Of a stretch of DNA of 64,000 nt, positions 12,351 to 23,529 are shown one piece after another (positions within the stretch are counted from its first letter, which is position 1; every line of letters starts with the position of its first letter). Source of the stretch: Callorhinchus milii (taxonomy: Eukaryota); assembly GCF_018977255.1 (NCBI RefSeq), contig NW_024704743.1, positions 82,958,001 through 83,022,000 on the forward strand, given 5' to 3'. Under the pieces are notes generated by a model that saw only the letters and a list, made by a program, of their open reading frames with translations, ran no database searches and was not told the origin of the DNA. The position numbers and the translations under genes are program-made.

Positions 12351-13939
12351 ACCCATAAGGTACTTGCAGACTTCAAACATGCAGATATTGAAGATGGTTT
12401 TCATTTATCAATCGCTGTGTCAAGTTTTAAAAATATCTTTTTCTCTTAATTAGAGCAAGGAGCTTGGTCCTTACCATGGCATAGGATATAATTTGTAAAA
12501 TCCTATGAGGGAAGGACATTATTATGGTTAGTAAATGGTTAGTGTTGAGAGGTAACATTTATAATAGTGGTAACACAGAGTAGTATTACAAAGTGCAGAA
12601 GAGAAAAGCAAAGGGCAAAATAGGAAGATTGTGATATAATGAGCTACTGGGATTCCAGTTATGTATTCCTTTCATAAACGGCTATGCTGGGAACTGCGTG
12701 TTCCTTGTGAATGCTTGCTTGACACATCAATAACTCATATGTAAGGGTCTTGCTTTACAATGCCATGTGCACATCTGTGTATCCTGTTCTCATCATATGT
12801 AGACTGGTGTGAGAATGATTTCCAAAACACCTCAATCAACACTCCTTCTAGAGAATTTTTTTCTGAGTGTTACTCTCCTACTTCATCTGTGCAAACAAAT
12901 TTATTGTTCCCTGATGATAAGGCATCTCTCGCATAACAACTTCTGAATTCTTTCCCTTCTTTCCGTGCTAGATTAATGCTAAAAAGACAAAAACTAGCAG
13001 TGAACGCCTGGTTTAGAAGCTACATAGGAAGAGAAAAATGCAGCAACTTTGGCAGATGCAAAAGTGATTTGACTCCAATTTTATAATAAGTGAAATTATG
13101 ATGTGTACAATATGCTTTTTTTAAACAAAATCTACATTTAGTCTAAAATAATTGTTCCTGTTCAATTATTTATTTCACCTGAGTTTTATTGTCTTATTTA
13201 AAATCTTTTTATATCATTTAATATCAAAGTATAAAATTGCTTGATTGCCTTCCAGTTAAATAAACTAATGTCCATCAATCTATAAAGCCTAAAGCCAAAT
13301 TAGGTATTAACAGCTCCCTTCCCTCAACTTTTATTGCTTCTACTGGAACACAACAGAAATCTTAACTTAAAATGTCCCCCTCCCTGTGAAACTCTTCCCT
13401 TGTTGCCAGCGATCAAAACTCTAACCTTCTTTAAGAGATACATTAGCCTCCCTGAAAGCATTGCTTCAGGATTTCCACCACTGACACTCCAGTTTTGTCC
13501 AATAAATGTAACAGGTATTTGTCACTGCCATTTTCAATTTCAACCCTTAACGTTTCCATCCTCATTTTGCAATTACTATCACTGACAGTAGAGAAAATCT
13601 CTCAAGAATGTCAAGAATTAAAGGGTTAAAGTCAAGCAGACAGAATTTAATTATAGTCAGTCAAACTAAAATGTGTTTTGCTCTGATTATTTGCCATGTT
13701 TTGTTAGTGATCTATCTACACATTAACCCACGCATAAATCTAGTGTGGGGGGGAGGTGGGGTGAGCAGGGTCACTTTGGAGCTTAACTGGCTCCAAGGTG
13801 TTGTTCTTGGCAACGCAATGTTGGAGTTAAATCAACCCTCTGTAACGGTCTTGGTAGTCCAGTTCCTGAGCCAGAGAGGTCTACTGTATTCCAAGGCACT
13901 GCTGTTGAGACTTGGAGGAGCTGGGGCGCAAGCTTTCCG

Positions 13940-14480
13940 GTTACTTGGCTTCTGTTAACCTTGCAAGCTAACGCCCAAACTTGTAGGTTGGTCCTAGCTG
14001 GACAAGTGGTGGGAAGCTTGCCAGACAGTGATTTCAATTGCAAATTGTGCAATTTTAACTACTTAAACTATAGCAGTACCCCACAGGATCCTCAAGCCAT
14101 GGATCTCGCCAACCTACACTCAATAGTCGGAGTTAGGTAAGTAGGGTGGGTCCTTACAGGGAGAGGTTGCCTGTTCTATTTCACACATAGAGAAATTTCA
14201 AGGGAGTTTCTCCTGGTCTCTTGGCCAACAATTCCTCAAATTGGCTGTTCTTTTCAATGGCTGTATTTGGACATTACTGTGCACAAATTGCCTGACGAAT
14301 TGGCCTACAAAATGACAAAAGTGACTACATTTTACCATGAAGCCCTTTGAGATGGCCTCAATGTGCAATGTAAAGAGTATTATTATTATCATAATACATA
14401 TGTAGAACTCTGTCTGGTTTGAATCGTCTTAAGAGTGGTGACAGGTTTCCACACACGTCAGATGCCTTGCTGACCCCCAA
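13940..14480 (+). repeat. Unclassified ancient interspersed repeat, copy 2, interrupted by a SINE at ~14198-14392
   Basis: acttggcttctgtta (13943-13957) and ggtcctagctggacaa (13990-14005) are exact reverse complements of 40524-40538 and 40477-40492. 14397-14475 aligns to 5753-5833 and to the reverse complement of 23421-23500. Confidence 0.65.
14198..14392 (+). mobile_element. Deu-domain SINE 3' half
   Basis: gggagtttctcctggtctcttggccaacaattcctcaaat...gtgcacaaattg...ctttgagat...tattattattat. Confidence 0.75.
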
Positions 14481-15980
14481 AAAATCAAACCAATGGGGTC
14501 TAGTTTATGAGATTCAGAAAATTGTGATTTTGAATAGTGTAAATGTCAGGAACTCAGATACATGTCATGCTGATCCTCTGGACACTGATCTCCTTTGGTC
14601 ATCTGGATTAGCACAACTAGAAATTGATATTGGTGTCCAAGCAGAGTTTGGCCTGAGAACCGTCCAGGTTCGCTGCAGAATTTTCTACTTACGAATGCTT
14701 TTGTGGATGTCACAAATTTCACATGTGAACATGGAAGAACAGGATGCAAAAAAAGGTTTAATTGTTAAGTATTCTAGAGCAGCAACCTTCCAACATACGT
14801 TAGTGGGAACTGGAATTCAACAGAAGTTAATTGGCATCCTCTTACTTGAGCATTCTTGTTCAAAGGAACGTTCATTCAAAGACAAGCCTTGGTTTAGCAA
14901 GAAGGATCACATGAAGGGAATGGTCAATGTGGAAGAGTTCCCATTAAATCAGTTCTGCTGTAGTACTGTAACAGCTTGTCAGTAAATACAGGAGGCTGGT
15001 GAAGAGATAAAAGAAAAGAAAATTGACTGACACCATAGTAGAGGACTAACTTTTTAAAAAATTCTCAGCCACCATCATAGCCCATTGTTAAATGGCCGGT
15101 GATTACAAATATGCATGCCATTGTATAATTTCTATGCACGAAGGTCAAGGTCTTCTTAGTCCCTTACATTTTTAAATTTAGGCTATCTGTGTTCATAAAA
15201 GCAATTGCCTTTAATGTCTAATTGATTTTCTGTATGCAGCATATCCACGCAGGGAGCTTTTCAAAAAGTCCAGCAGGTTGATTGCACACTTGTTACCTGT
15301 AATTCAATACAGAAGCACTCTGTTTACAAAGCCCAGATTTCCTGCACTGTCAGTTAAAGCAATCAGCACAAAGGCTGGAGCCTCAGAACTAAATAAACAA
15401 TGAAGAAACGTTCAAGGCTGCCAGTAACCCTTCACAGGTAATTTAACAGCCTTTGACTACAAGCCATCAGTCGTTGTAGATGTCTGCTAAGTATGAAATC
15501 TGACATTCTCTCTGCCATGTTCTGCCAATAGCTTCATGCGTATCTCTCGCTGTGGTTCACTGAAGCTCTGTGTGTTAACTGTGAACTTCAGTGTTTTCAT
15601 TATGACAGATGTCCACACCTGTACTCTGTCACACACACGTCATGAATCCTGTTGACAGGTGCTGCAGATCAGTTCAAATCTTTGAACTAGAAAATTCTTA
15701 CTTGGTTGTGAAAGGAAGGTTTAAGTTTAATTTTTTTTGGTGGGGGGTTGGGGGTTGCTGTTGAAAACTTTATTATTAAATCTTTTATTGATCAAGATGT
15801 GGTCCAGCAACTGGAGTTGAGCAAAATTTCCATAGAATATTATTCCAAGATGTTCTTTATGCTCCAAGCAAATGTGCTCAAAGGAAATTCAGTCAATAGT
15901 TAAATTGGTGGATTGCTTAGTTTCTACTAAAACTGATTGGACTTGCTCACCTCCCTCCTTCGCCTCCCCCTATGCCACCC

Positions 15981-16180
15981 CAACAGCAACAACTTGCTAT
16001 ATAATGCTCCTCAAACAGTATCTTGAAGAGCTGAGAAATTATGCGTTTAATGTCGAGCCGAGGAGAAAAGGAGGTGACCAAAGGCACAATTGAAGAGGAA
16101 AGTCTTCAGGTGTAAACTGAAAATGGGAAAAGAGGAGAAAAAGTGAAGGGATCGAGGCAGAAAGTTCCAATGGTTTGGGA
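15981..16180 (-). mobile_element. L2 LINE 3' UTR/tail fragment
   Basis: caacagcaacaacttgc tail followed by ggtgaccaaaggcacaattgaagaggaaagtcttcagg...agttcca, the same layout as the other minus-strand L2 ends. Confidence 0.65.
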
Positions 16181-16261
16181 CGTAGTGACCGAAACTACGC
16201 CTGTGTATGTTACCATTCTACCTGTATGAAGAGCTTTGAAATGTTTTCCTACATGAGAGGA

Positions 16262-16425
16262 ATACAACAACAACTTGAATTTACATAGCACCCTTCACAC
16301 ATGTTAGGGACTATGAGCAATACAAACTACACGTGGTTTGACTCTGAGTGAGGGAGAAAGGGGAGATGAGGAGGGGGAGATGACCATAGGCGCAGTTGAA
16401 GAGTTAGGTCTTAAGGTGTGATTTT
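16262..16425 (-). mobile_element. L2 LINE 3' UTR/tail fragment
   Basis: acaacaacaacttgaatttacatagcacccttcac tail, purine-rich tract, then tgaccataggcgcagttgaagag. Confidence 0.65.
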
Positions 16426-16450
16426 ATAACAATAATGCTTCCATTAATTG

Positions 16451-16995
16451 TCGGTGAACATTGCAGCCAAGTCGCACACAGCAATGTCCCACAAACAACG
16501 ATAGTGAATGACAATATTATCTGGGGGATTGTTGGTCAGGACACCAGGAGAAATTCCCTTCCCTTTTCGAATAATACCATGGGATCTTTAAAGTTGACCA
16601 GAATAGGCAGACAGGTGAAGAATTTTATGTATCAGGTGAAGAACGGCACCTCCGACAATACAACACTCCCCAGCACTAGAATGTCATCCTAGATTAGGAG
16701 TCCAAAGTCCTGAAGGGAACTTTGAACCAACAACCTTCTGACTCAGAAACGAGCGTGCTATCATAATAATATTCCCTCCAAAACAAAAAACAATAATAAA
16801 TTGGCCATTTTCAATCCAGGACTGTTTGTGGGACACTGCTGTGCACAATGGCTGTCGTGTTTTGCCCACAAATATACGGTCAATTCACATTACAGTATAT
16901 TCTGTGAAGCACTTTGAGATGTCTAGAAGACGTGAAAAGCACTATATCAAATGCAAGGATTATTATTAATATTATCAACTGAGTCAGGCTGACAC
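16451..16995 (-). mobile_element. Deu-domain SINE (family B) whose tRNA-like head is split by a nested family A SINE
   Basis: Core at 16520-16680. The head reads gtgtcagcctgactcagttgata|gcacgctcgtttctgagtcagaaggttgttggttcaaag once 16764-16977 is removed. Confidence 0.8.
16764..16972 (+). mobile_element. 5'-truncated family A SINE nested in a family B SINE
   Basis: aataataaattggccattttcaatccaggactgtttgtgggacactgctgtgcac...actatatcaaatgcaaggattattatt, flanked by TATCA at 16759-16763 and 16973-16977. Confidence 0.85.
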
Positions 16996-17040
16996 CTTGT
17001 GCTATTTAAGCACAAGTAGTTGTTGTTGTTGCTGTTGTAA

Positions 17041-18264
17041 ACCTCTGCTCCTCATCCTCCTGGATCTCTCTGCCACAGTTGACACAGTCGACCACTCCAT
17101 CCTGCTCCACCTCCTCGCCTCCCTCAACCACCTTAGTGGGACCGCACTCGTATGGTTCAAGTCCTACTTAACCAACTACCTCCACTTCATCTCGATAAAT
17201 GGTTACATTTCCCGCCCTGCCGGTCACCTGCAGGATTCTCCAGAGCTCCATCCAAGCCTTCTTTTCCTTATCTATATGTTCCCTCTGGGCGATGTCATAC
17301 GCAGACACAGGATAAACTTCCACACGTATGCAGATGACACACAAATCTACTTTGTCTTCTCCAGCATCGACTCCAGGTCCACGGATGTTCTATCAGCTTG
17401 TCTGGCAGACATCAGGGCCTGAATGAGTGTAAACTTCCTGCAGCTGAATGTGGACAAGACGGAAACCTTACTCCCTGGCTCCCATCAACATATTCATTCC
17501 TGCGGATCTGAACTCCTCAACCTACCTGGGCTCTCCCTCAGACTCACCAAAGCAGTGCACAATCTAGGTATCCGGTTCGACCCCAAGGTGTCCTTCCTCC
17601 CCCACATCTGGTCCCTGACCAGGACCGCCTTCCTCTACCTCCAACCGTACCTTACCCCAAATGCAGCCAAAACTCGCGTGCACGTGTTTGTCACCTCCCA
17701 TCTGGATTACCCAAATGCACTCCTCGCCAATCTCACCAGCTCCACTGTTCAAAAAATCTAGTTCATTCAGAACTCTGTGGCCCACATACTTACCTGGACC
17801 AAACTCCGTACCCCTATCTCACCAGTTCTGGCCAGGCTCCACTGGTTCCCCATCACCGAATAGATCAACTTCAAGATCCTCACACTCGTGTTCAAATCCA
17901 TTCACTCCCTGGCACCTCCCTACCTCCCTGACCTCCTCACTCCACAATCCACCACCTGGCGCCTCCACTCAACTGGCACCGGCCTCCTGCTTATCCCTCT
18001 CACCTTCCACTCCACCATTGGAGGTCGCGCTTTCAGCCCCTACATGCTGAAGCTCTGGAACACTACCTCAATCCCTTTGCCTTGCCCCCTTTCTCCCTTT
18101 TTTCAAGTCCTGCCTGAAAACCTTCCTTTTCAACTGTGCTTTCAGTCACCTTCCCCTCCCCCGCCGGCTCGGAGTCAGGCTCCACCGCTGTTAAGACATT
18201 AGATAATGTCTCTCCACGCTACCCTGTATGGAGAGGCGCTATATAAGTGCAAGTTGTTGTTGTT
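17041..18264 (+). mobile_element. 5'-truncated L2-clade LINE (RT domain to 3' tail), pseudogenised
   Basis: LLDLSATVDTVDH, FLIYMFPLGDVIRRH..FHTYADDTQIY, LQLNVDKTE, NLGIRFD, LDYPNALL, HWFP, GGRAF..LWN, with stops and frameshifts. Ends aggcgctatataagtgcaagttgttgttgtt. Confidence 0.93.
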
Positions 18265-18744
18265 TTATTAAGTGTGCGGGAGCTGACGTTATCTCTAAGA
18301 GCAGGGTTAACTTGAAAGCTGTGGGGTGAAAAATGTGATAAATGAAGTGATAGTTATCACTGGTGATAATTATCACATTATTGCCTAAAATTGCCATCCA
18401 AAACAGTCTTTAATTATCAGCTGGATTTGGATGTGAATACCACTTTGCTGACTTTGGCATGGTCATTTGGCTCAAAACCATATGACGCATCCTATTACTA
18501 TCATTGTTGCTGTGTGTGCAGTGTGGCATTTCAACGCCACCTCTCGAAATACCAGCCGAAATCAATCGGAGGTAACATCATGCAGTTCCATTTTCCATTT
18601 CTTTTTTAAAAAAATAACATGTTAAGTTTTGGTGTATCCCAGGATATTCTCAACATAGTGGTGCAAGCGCAGTCTCTACTTCCCTTCTTCCCACCTCTCC
18701 CCGCTTTCCTTCTCTACCATTTTAGATGGGTGTTACTTTGCTCC

Positions 18745-18893
18745 ATGGTTGTTTGTGGGACACTGCCTTGTGCAAATTGGCAGCTGAATTCACGCTACAG
18801 TGACACCACTTTACAGTATATCCTGTGACGTGCTTTGAGACGCCTCAATGATGTGATAAGGCAGTATATCAAATGCAAGGATTATTATTATTG
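18745..18893 (+). mobile_element. Deu-domain SINE 3' fragment
   Basis: ggttgtttgtgggacactgccttgtgcaaattggcagc...gtgataaggcagtatatcaaatgcaaggattattattatt. Confidence 0.8.
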
Positions 18894-18905
18894 TTTACGT
18901 GCCTA

Positions 18906-18920
18906 CCAATAGGTGGCAGC
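18906..18920 (+). promoter_or_regulatory. Candidate CTCF motif
   Basis: CCAATAGGTGGCAGC versus the core consensus CCASYAGRKGGCRS (one mismatch). Confidence 0.35.
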
Positions 18921-20594
18921 GTATTGGGTTTCACACAGGTTATGATACTGAAGTACTAGCCATAGTGAAAATACAAATCAACAAGGTTGTATCTATTGGA
19001 AATCTATTTTTATATATAATTTCAACCATTGTTATAAATAGTGAGTGAAGCTCATCCTCTGTCCATAAAACACCAGTTCATGGAGCTTAAATGTCTGGAA
19101 CGTGTGCATGAGGCAATGTAATTGTATATGTAATGTGTATTGTTACTACTATATCTCACAAAATTCGGCATTGTTGAATCTTTTCTGCTCTTTTAATTTA
19201 ATTATCTGAAGATCTAGAAAACAGCGATGACCTCAATGAATTTTAATCAAATAACAAAAATATGAATAAAACCAAACCACTTCTCCCTGCCCCAAATTGC
19301 TAAAGTACTTGAACTCAATAGGATAAAGGGAGTCAAATGCGATAAAATCACTAAAGCTTTATTATCTAATGTCCAGAGCATTTCAGAATAAGATGAGGTA
19401 AAATATTTTTACTGAACTTTATTTGTTTCACTTTTTTTTAAAAACTTATTCTTTTCAGCTGATCTGTACATTACTAGAGCTCTTAACACTGCGTAATTCT
19501 GCATTTGTTATTGTAACCCTGTAACTAATTCTCAAAATGGTGGCCGAAGTTGCCGGAAAATAAAATCTATCAATCTTGCTGCTAGAAAATGTTACGGGTA
19601 AGAATTGTAACAATGCTTCCATTTAAAAGAAGTCTTATAAGGCTATTTTGCAGAATGAAGCTCTAAACAGTACTTTAAAAATAGATATTGGGACATCTGG
19701 CCGAGCAAATGTGGTGGAACCCTTCAGAACAATATGATCCTGAAGCTGTAAAGATCTGCGGTATTGCAGATAGCTAGTTATGAGGATGCCAGTGAGTAAT
19801 TGACGTGTAACTGGGAATTCTTCCATATAATACACCCGAGTGCAAAACAAGGGAAGGTTAGTAGATCAGTAGTGGATTATATTTCTTATGACAACTGCCA
19901 AAGCCACACATTTGTAAAAAAGAATACTAAAAACTTGAAATGTGTTTTGTTTCCTACCAAGGGATAAACAGGCCTGTCAGTCTCTGTCCGTCACCAGGGT
20001 TACAGTAGTAAAAGAACAGCCGTTCTCACAACAGTGTTGGGAAGCCTCCATCTAACAAACATGAGGCGCACACATTGTTAAATAATGAGTGACTTAACGA
20101 GTCTGGACAAGATACGGATGATAGCACTTGCATGTATTTGTGGTACACAGACACTACTCAATGAGCAATTGTGCAATACCATGTTTAGCCTGAGCATGAG
20201 CAAAGCCTCATGACTCATGAGTGACAAAGTCAAAAGAGGATTTTGAAGTTTGTTTTTGTGACTGGAGTAGATCTGCAATTACTTTATAGGTTGAGCAGAT
20301 GTTTCATTTTTGCTTCTTCTGGTTATTCAAATGTTTATGCCACACCTCTGGCCAAATGGGCAGGCGATGATTTACTCCCATAATGGGCTACGTGGTTTAC
20401 ATGTGTGCTTTTGCAGTTGGGCTGATTCTGTTTTAGGATGTCCATGTATGGAATCCAGCGTTTACCTCGAAGGCATTATCTCACCACAAGGACTATATGT
20501 GCGGCATCATCATGTTGACTCGCATTGTGGATTTTCAATTGTGTGCTGCCACTTAGCTAATAGTAACCTAAATTTAGCAGGTGGGAAGTTTACA

Positions 20595-20956
20595 AATAAT
20601 AATAATAATCCTTGCATATAGCTCCTTATTATGTCTTTGAGACGTCCCAAAGTGCTTCACAGAATATACTGTAAAGTGAATTATCTGTACATTTTGTGGG
20701 CGAAGAGCGGCAGCCAATTGCACACAGCAGTGTCCCACAAACAGTGAAAAGCGATCTGCTTTTCTGTTGGTAATAACTTATTTATTTTTAAGTGATTCTT
20801 ACCCTTGGAAAGCAATCCGCCAATCAACTAGCAACCAGGTTTCTACTTACTGCTAGGTAAACAGAGAAGTGTGGAGTAAGGAAACTTGCCTAAGGTTTCG
20901 CACTGCTCGGGAATTGAACCTGGGTTCTCTTGCTTGTGAGGCGAGTGCTCCAACCA
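20595..20956 (-). mobile_element. tRNA-derived SINE family A (near full length)
   Basis: Minus strand has a tggttggagcactcgcctcacaagcaagagaacccaggttcaattcccgagcag head, a ggcaagtttccttactccacac...ctgtttacctagcagtaagtagaaacc body, a Deu-like 3' part and an (ATT)n tail. Confidence 0.88.
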
Positions 20957-21211
20957 ATATAATTTTTTCCTTCAATTGTGGTGCTGTTCCAAGGTAGGCC
21001 TTTGGTGCCTTGCCCAAGTGTCTGTTAATGATAAGTCAACCTTGGCAGTGTGACTACGGAGGTGCATCAAAGCCAAGCACTCAAATTCTTTCCTTCGTAT
21101 TGGGTATTGCCTGCCTCCCATTGGGAGCAAGCGTCACAGGGAACTCGCCATGTGGAGACAAACAGCTAGCACTGGTGGCCCACCATCTTGTAGCACACTA
21201 ATGGGGGAAAG

Positions 21212-21585
21212 ATAATAATAATAATCCTTGAATTTGATATAGCGCCTTATCACGTCTTCGAGACATCTCAAAGCGCTTCACAGAATATACTATAAAGTGA
21301 ATTGACTATATTTTGTGGGCGAAACACGGCAGCCAATTGGGCCCAGCAGTGTCCCACAAACAGTCGTGGATTGAAATGACCAATTTATTATTATAATTTT
21401 TTTTGTAGGAATTATGACCACCAGAAAAGCGATCCGCCAATCAACTAACAACCGGGTTCCTACTTACTGAGAGTAAACAGAGTGTGGAGTAAGGAAACTT
21501 GCCCAACATTTCGCCCTGCCGGGAATCGATCCCAGGTCCTCTCGCTTGCGAGGCGATTGGTGTAACCACTGACCTACAGGACTCC
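21212..21585 (-). mobile_element. tRNA-derived SINE family A (full length, best-preserved copy)
   Basis: Head GGAGTCCTGTAGGTCAGTGGTTACACCAATCGCCTCGCAAGCGAGAGGACCTGGGATCGATTCCCGGCAGGG has an A box (TAGGTCAGTGG) and a B-box-like GGATCGATTCC. Tail gcgctttgagatgtctcgaagacgtgataaggcgctatatcaaattcaaggattattattatt. Confidence 0.9.
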
Positions 21586-21694
21586 ATTAGATAGCTCCAC
21601 TTAGGAGCCAGGACTAGTACGCATGGATTGATTTGAATGGCCTTTTTCTATGTTGTAAACATTCTTAGGGGCGAAACCCGCTTGGGTCTTGATT

Positions 21695-21790
21695 CTATGT
21701 AGCATTTTAGAGTGTCCAGAATTTCGCAAGTAGTTGAATTCAATCTTAACTTTGAAGTTGCTTTTTTCATAATTCTTAAAAGAAACTATG
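21695..21790 (+). repeat. Unclassified ~95-bp repeat, copy 1 (copy 2 at 36084-36175)
   Basis: Exact 17-mer ctatgtagcattttaga followed by colinear cagaattt.gcaa...ttgaattca..aactttga...ttcttaaaa in both copies. Confidence 0.65.
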
Positions 21791-21904
21791 TAAAAACTAG
21801 ATGCACATCATATAAATCCAGCCAAGATGTTTCCTCTGTCAAATTATTTAGGTAAAATGTACTGTTAGCACCTAGCCATATAGGCAGCCAGTTGATGTAG
21901 GGGA

Positions 21905-22110
21905 ATTAATGGTATCCAGAGGGATCTACACAAACTAAGTGGGCAGATGGATCTTAATATGGATAAATGTAATGCACATTGGTACTGAAAGTGTGAAACG
22001 TGTACACAATAAATGAGTACCCATTAGCAAAGGTGGCAATGGAAAAAAGATATGGATGTATTTATCAACCATTCACTAAAAGTATCCAGTCAATGTGATA
22101 TTATATTGTT
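21905..22110 (+). mobile_element. CR1-clade LINE RT C-terminal fragment
   Basis: Remnant peptides IQRDLHKL, QMDLNMDKC, an EKD.GV-like motif and SLKVSSQC in CR1 order, with frameshifts. Confidence 0.72.
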
Positions 22111-22325
22111 GTCAAATCAAGTCCTGAAATTCTTCTCAAGGGTATTTGGTTGTAGGTGAAAGCTGATTATTTTAAGCGTGGATGACTTGTTGCTTATGCC
22201 ACATTCGAAATGCACTCCCTTCTCACTGTAACATGGGGTTCCAGGAGCCAGCAGTGCTGCAAGTACAGAGAAGGTGTGTTTAGGAGCAGGAAGCTAGTGG
22301 TAAGCCTGCAGAAAAGCTGCAAAAA

Positions 22326-22495
22326 ATAATAATCCTTGCATTTGATGTACAATAACTTGCATTTATGTAGTAAACTTCATGCGGGGAAGTGTCCCGGAGC
22401 TTTTAAATATACGCCTTATCATGTGTTGGAGATGTCTCAAACCGCTTCACAGAATAAACTGTAAATTGAATTGACTGTATGTTTTGTGGGCAAAT
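22326..22495 (-). mobile_element. SINE 3' tail interrupted by a short L2 tail (~22350-22400)
   Basis: aataataatccttgcatttgat | acaataacttgcatttatgtag...gtcccggagct | atacgccttatcatgtgttggagatgtctcaaaccgcttcacagaata. Confidence 0.6.
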
Positions 22496-22845
22496 AAAGG
22501 CCCCCACTGGCATGTCTTGTCAGCAGCTGGAAAGGTCCTGTGAGAATCTGTTGAACAGAAAATTCCTTTTTTGTCCCACCATCCTGAGCTCCGTGCAAAT
22601 GCTTTGTACATTGACTGCAGCTGCCAGAAATACAACATCACAGAACCACCAAGCATTTACCTCCATCGTACTATTTCCTGTCGCCATTCTCATGTTGTTT
22701 GCAGCAGCAGTTATGAATTACGTCCTTTTTCTGCATTTAAGGATTCCATGAAATTAAATTGACTGTAAATTGCATTTCTGACTGAATTGCATTTCTCTCT
22801 ATCATATGAATTGGGTTCATTGAGTGCTAAAGCAAAAGCTATACA

Positions 22846-23245
22846 CAACAACAACAAAATTACATTTGTATAGCACCTTTCATGCAGGATCGCTTCCCAG
22901 AACGGTGGTGGAGTCCGACCCCGGGCAGAGGGAGTGGGGAGGTGACTGTGAGCAAGATCAAAAAGGAAGGTTTTTCTACGGGATTTGAAAGTTTTTTTTT
23001 TTTACGGGATTTGAAAGTGGGGAGGGAGGGGGCAAGGTGGAGAGATTGAGGGAGGGAGTTCCAAAGCTTTGGGGCATAGTGGCTGAAAGCACAGCTGCCA
23101 ATGGTGGAGCAGCGGGCACGAGGGACAAATAGGAGGCCGAAGCCGGCCGAACGGGTGGTGGAGTGGGGGGTAAGCAAATCAGATAGGTAGGGAGCTGTGA
23201 GGGCATGAAGGAATTTGAAAACAAGGAATGGAATATATGTCAGAG
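22846..23245 (-). mobile_element. L2 LINE 3' fragment
   Basis: Minus ORF 22860-23270 gives FKFLHALTAPYLSDLL...IGSCAFSHYAPKLWNSLPQSL; (CAA)n tail at 22846; internal 16-bp duplication tacgggatttgaaagt (22977 and 23003). Confidence 0.9.
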
Positions 23246-23247
23246 CC

Positions 23248-23400
23248 CAACAACAACAACAAGATTCCATTTATAAAGCGCCTTTCACGTCAGGAGGACG
23301 TCCCAAGGCGCTGCACAGTTGGGTCATGACCCGAGCAGGGGGGAGATGGTCAGGGTGAGGGGAGGGAAGGGAGGGAGCGAGGAGGGGGAAGAGAGTCGAG
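23248..23400 (-). mobile_element. L2 LINE 3' tail (second copy, abutting the previous one)
   Basis: caacaacaacaacaagattccatttataaagcgcctttcacgtcaggaggacgtcccaaggcgct plus a purine-rich tract. Confidence 0.82.
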
Positions 23401-23414
23401 AGGGCCCAAAGATT

Positions 23415-23525
23415 CCTTTTAGTCAGCTGGGTTTCGGACACATGTGGAAACCCATCACCATGATTAAGAGGATCCAAACCAAACCGAACGTTCCATACAT
23501 CCCACCTATATGTGGGAATTCCAGA
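23415..23525 (-). repeat. Unclassified ancient interspersed repeat, copy 3
   Basis: Reverse complement gaattcccacatataggtgggatgtatggaacgttcggtttggtttggatcctcttaatcatggtgatgggtttccacatgtgtccgaaacccagctgact aligns to 5729-5833. Confidence 0.65.
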
Positions 23526-23529
23526 ATCC

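Noticed and set aside
14419..14985. Longest non-LINE ORF (188 aa) as a novel gene
   Set aside because: It has a TTG start, its 5' end overlaps an interspersed repeat, and it shows no recognisable domain or convincing splice sites. The KPWF motif might be a decayed LINE linker remnant, but evidence is too thin.
16997..18202. RT-like ORFs as a functional reverse transcriptase, retron or DGR system
   Set aside because: Motifs and 3' tail are typical L2 LINE; the frame is broken by stops and frameshifts and the endonuclease half is absent.
21510..21585. tRNA gene (Ala/Val-like)
   Set aside because: It is the head of a multi-copy SINE, with an imperfect acceptor stem and T-loop, continuing directly into the SINE body.
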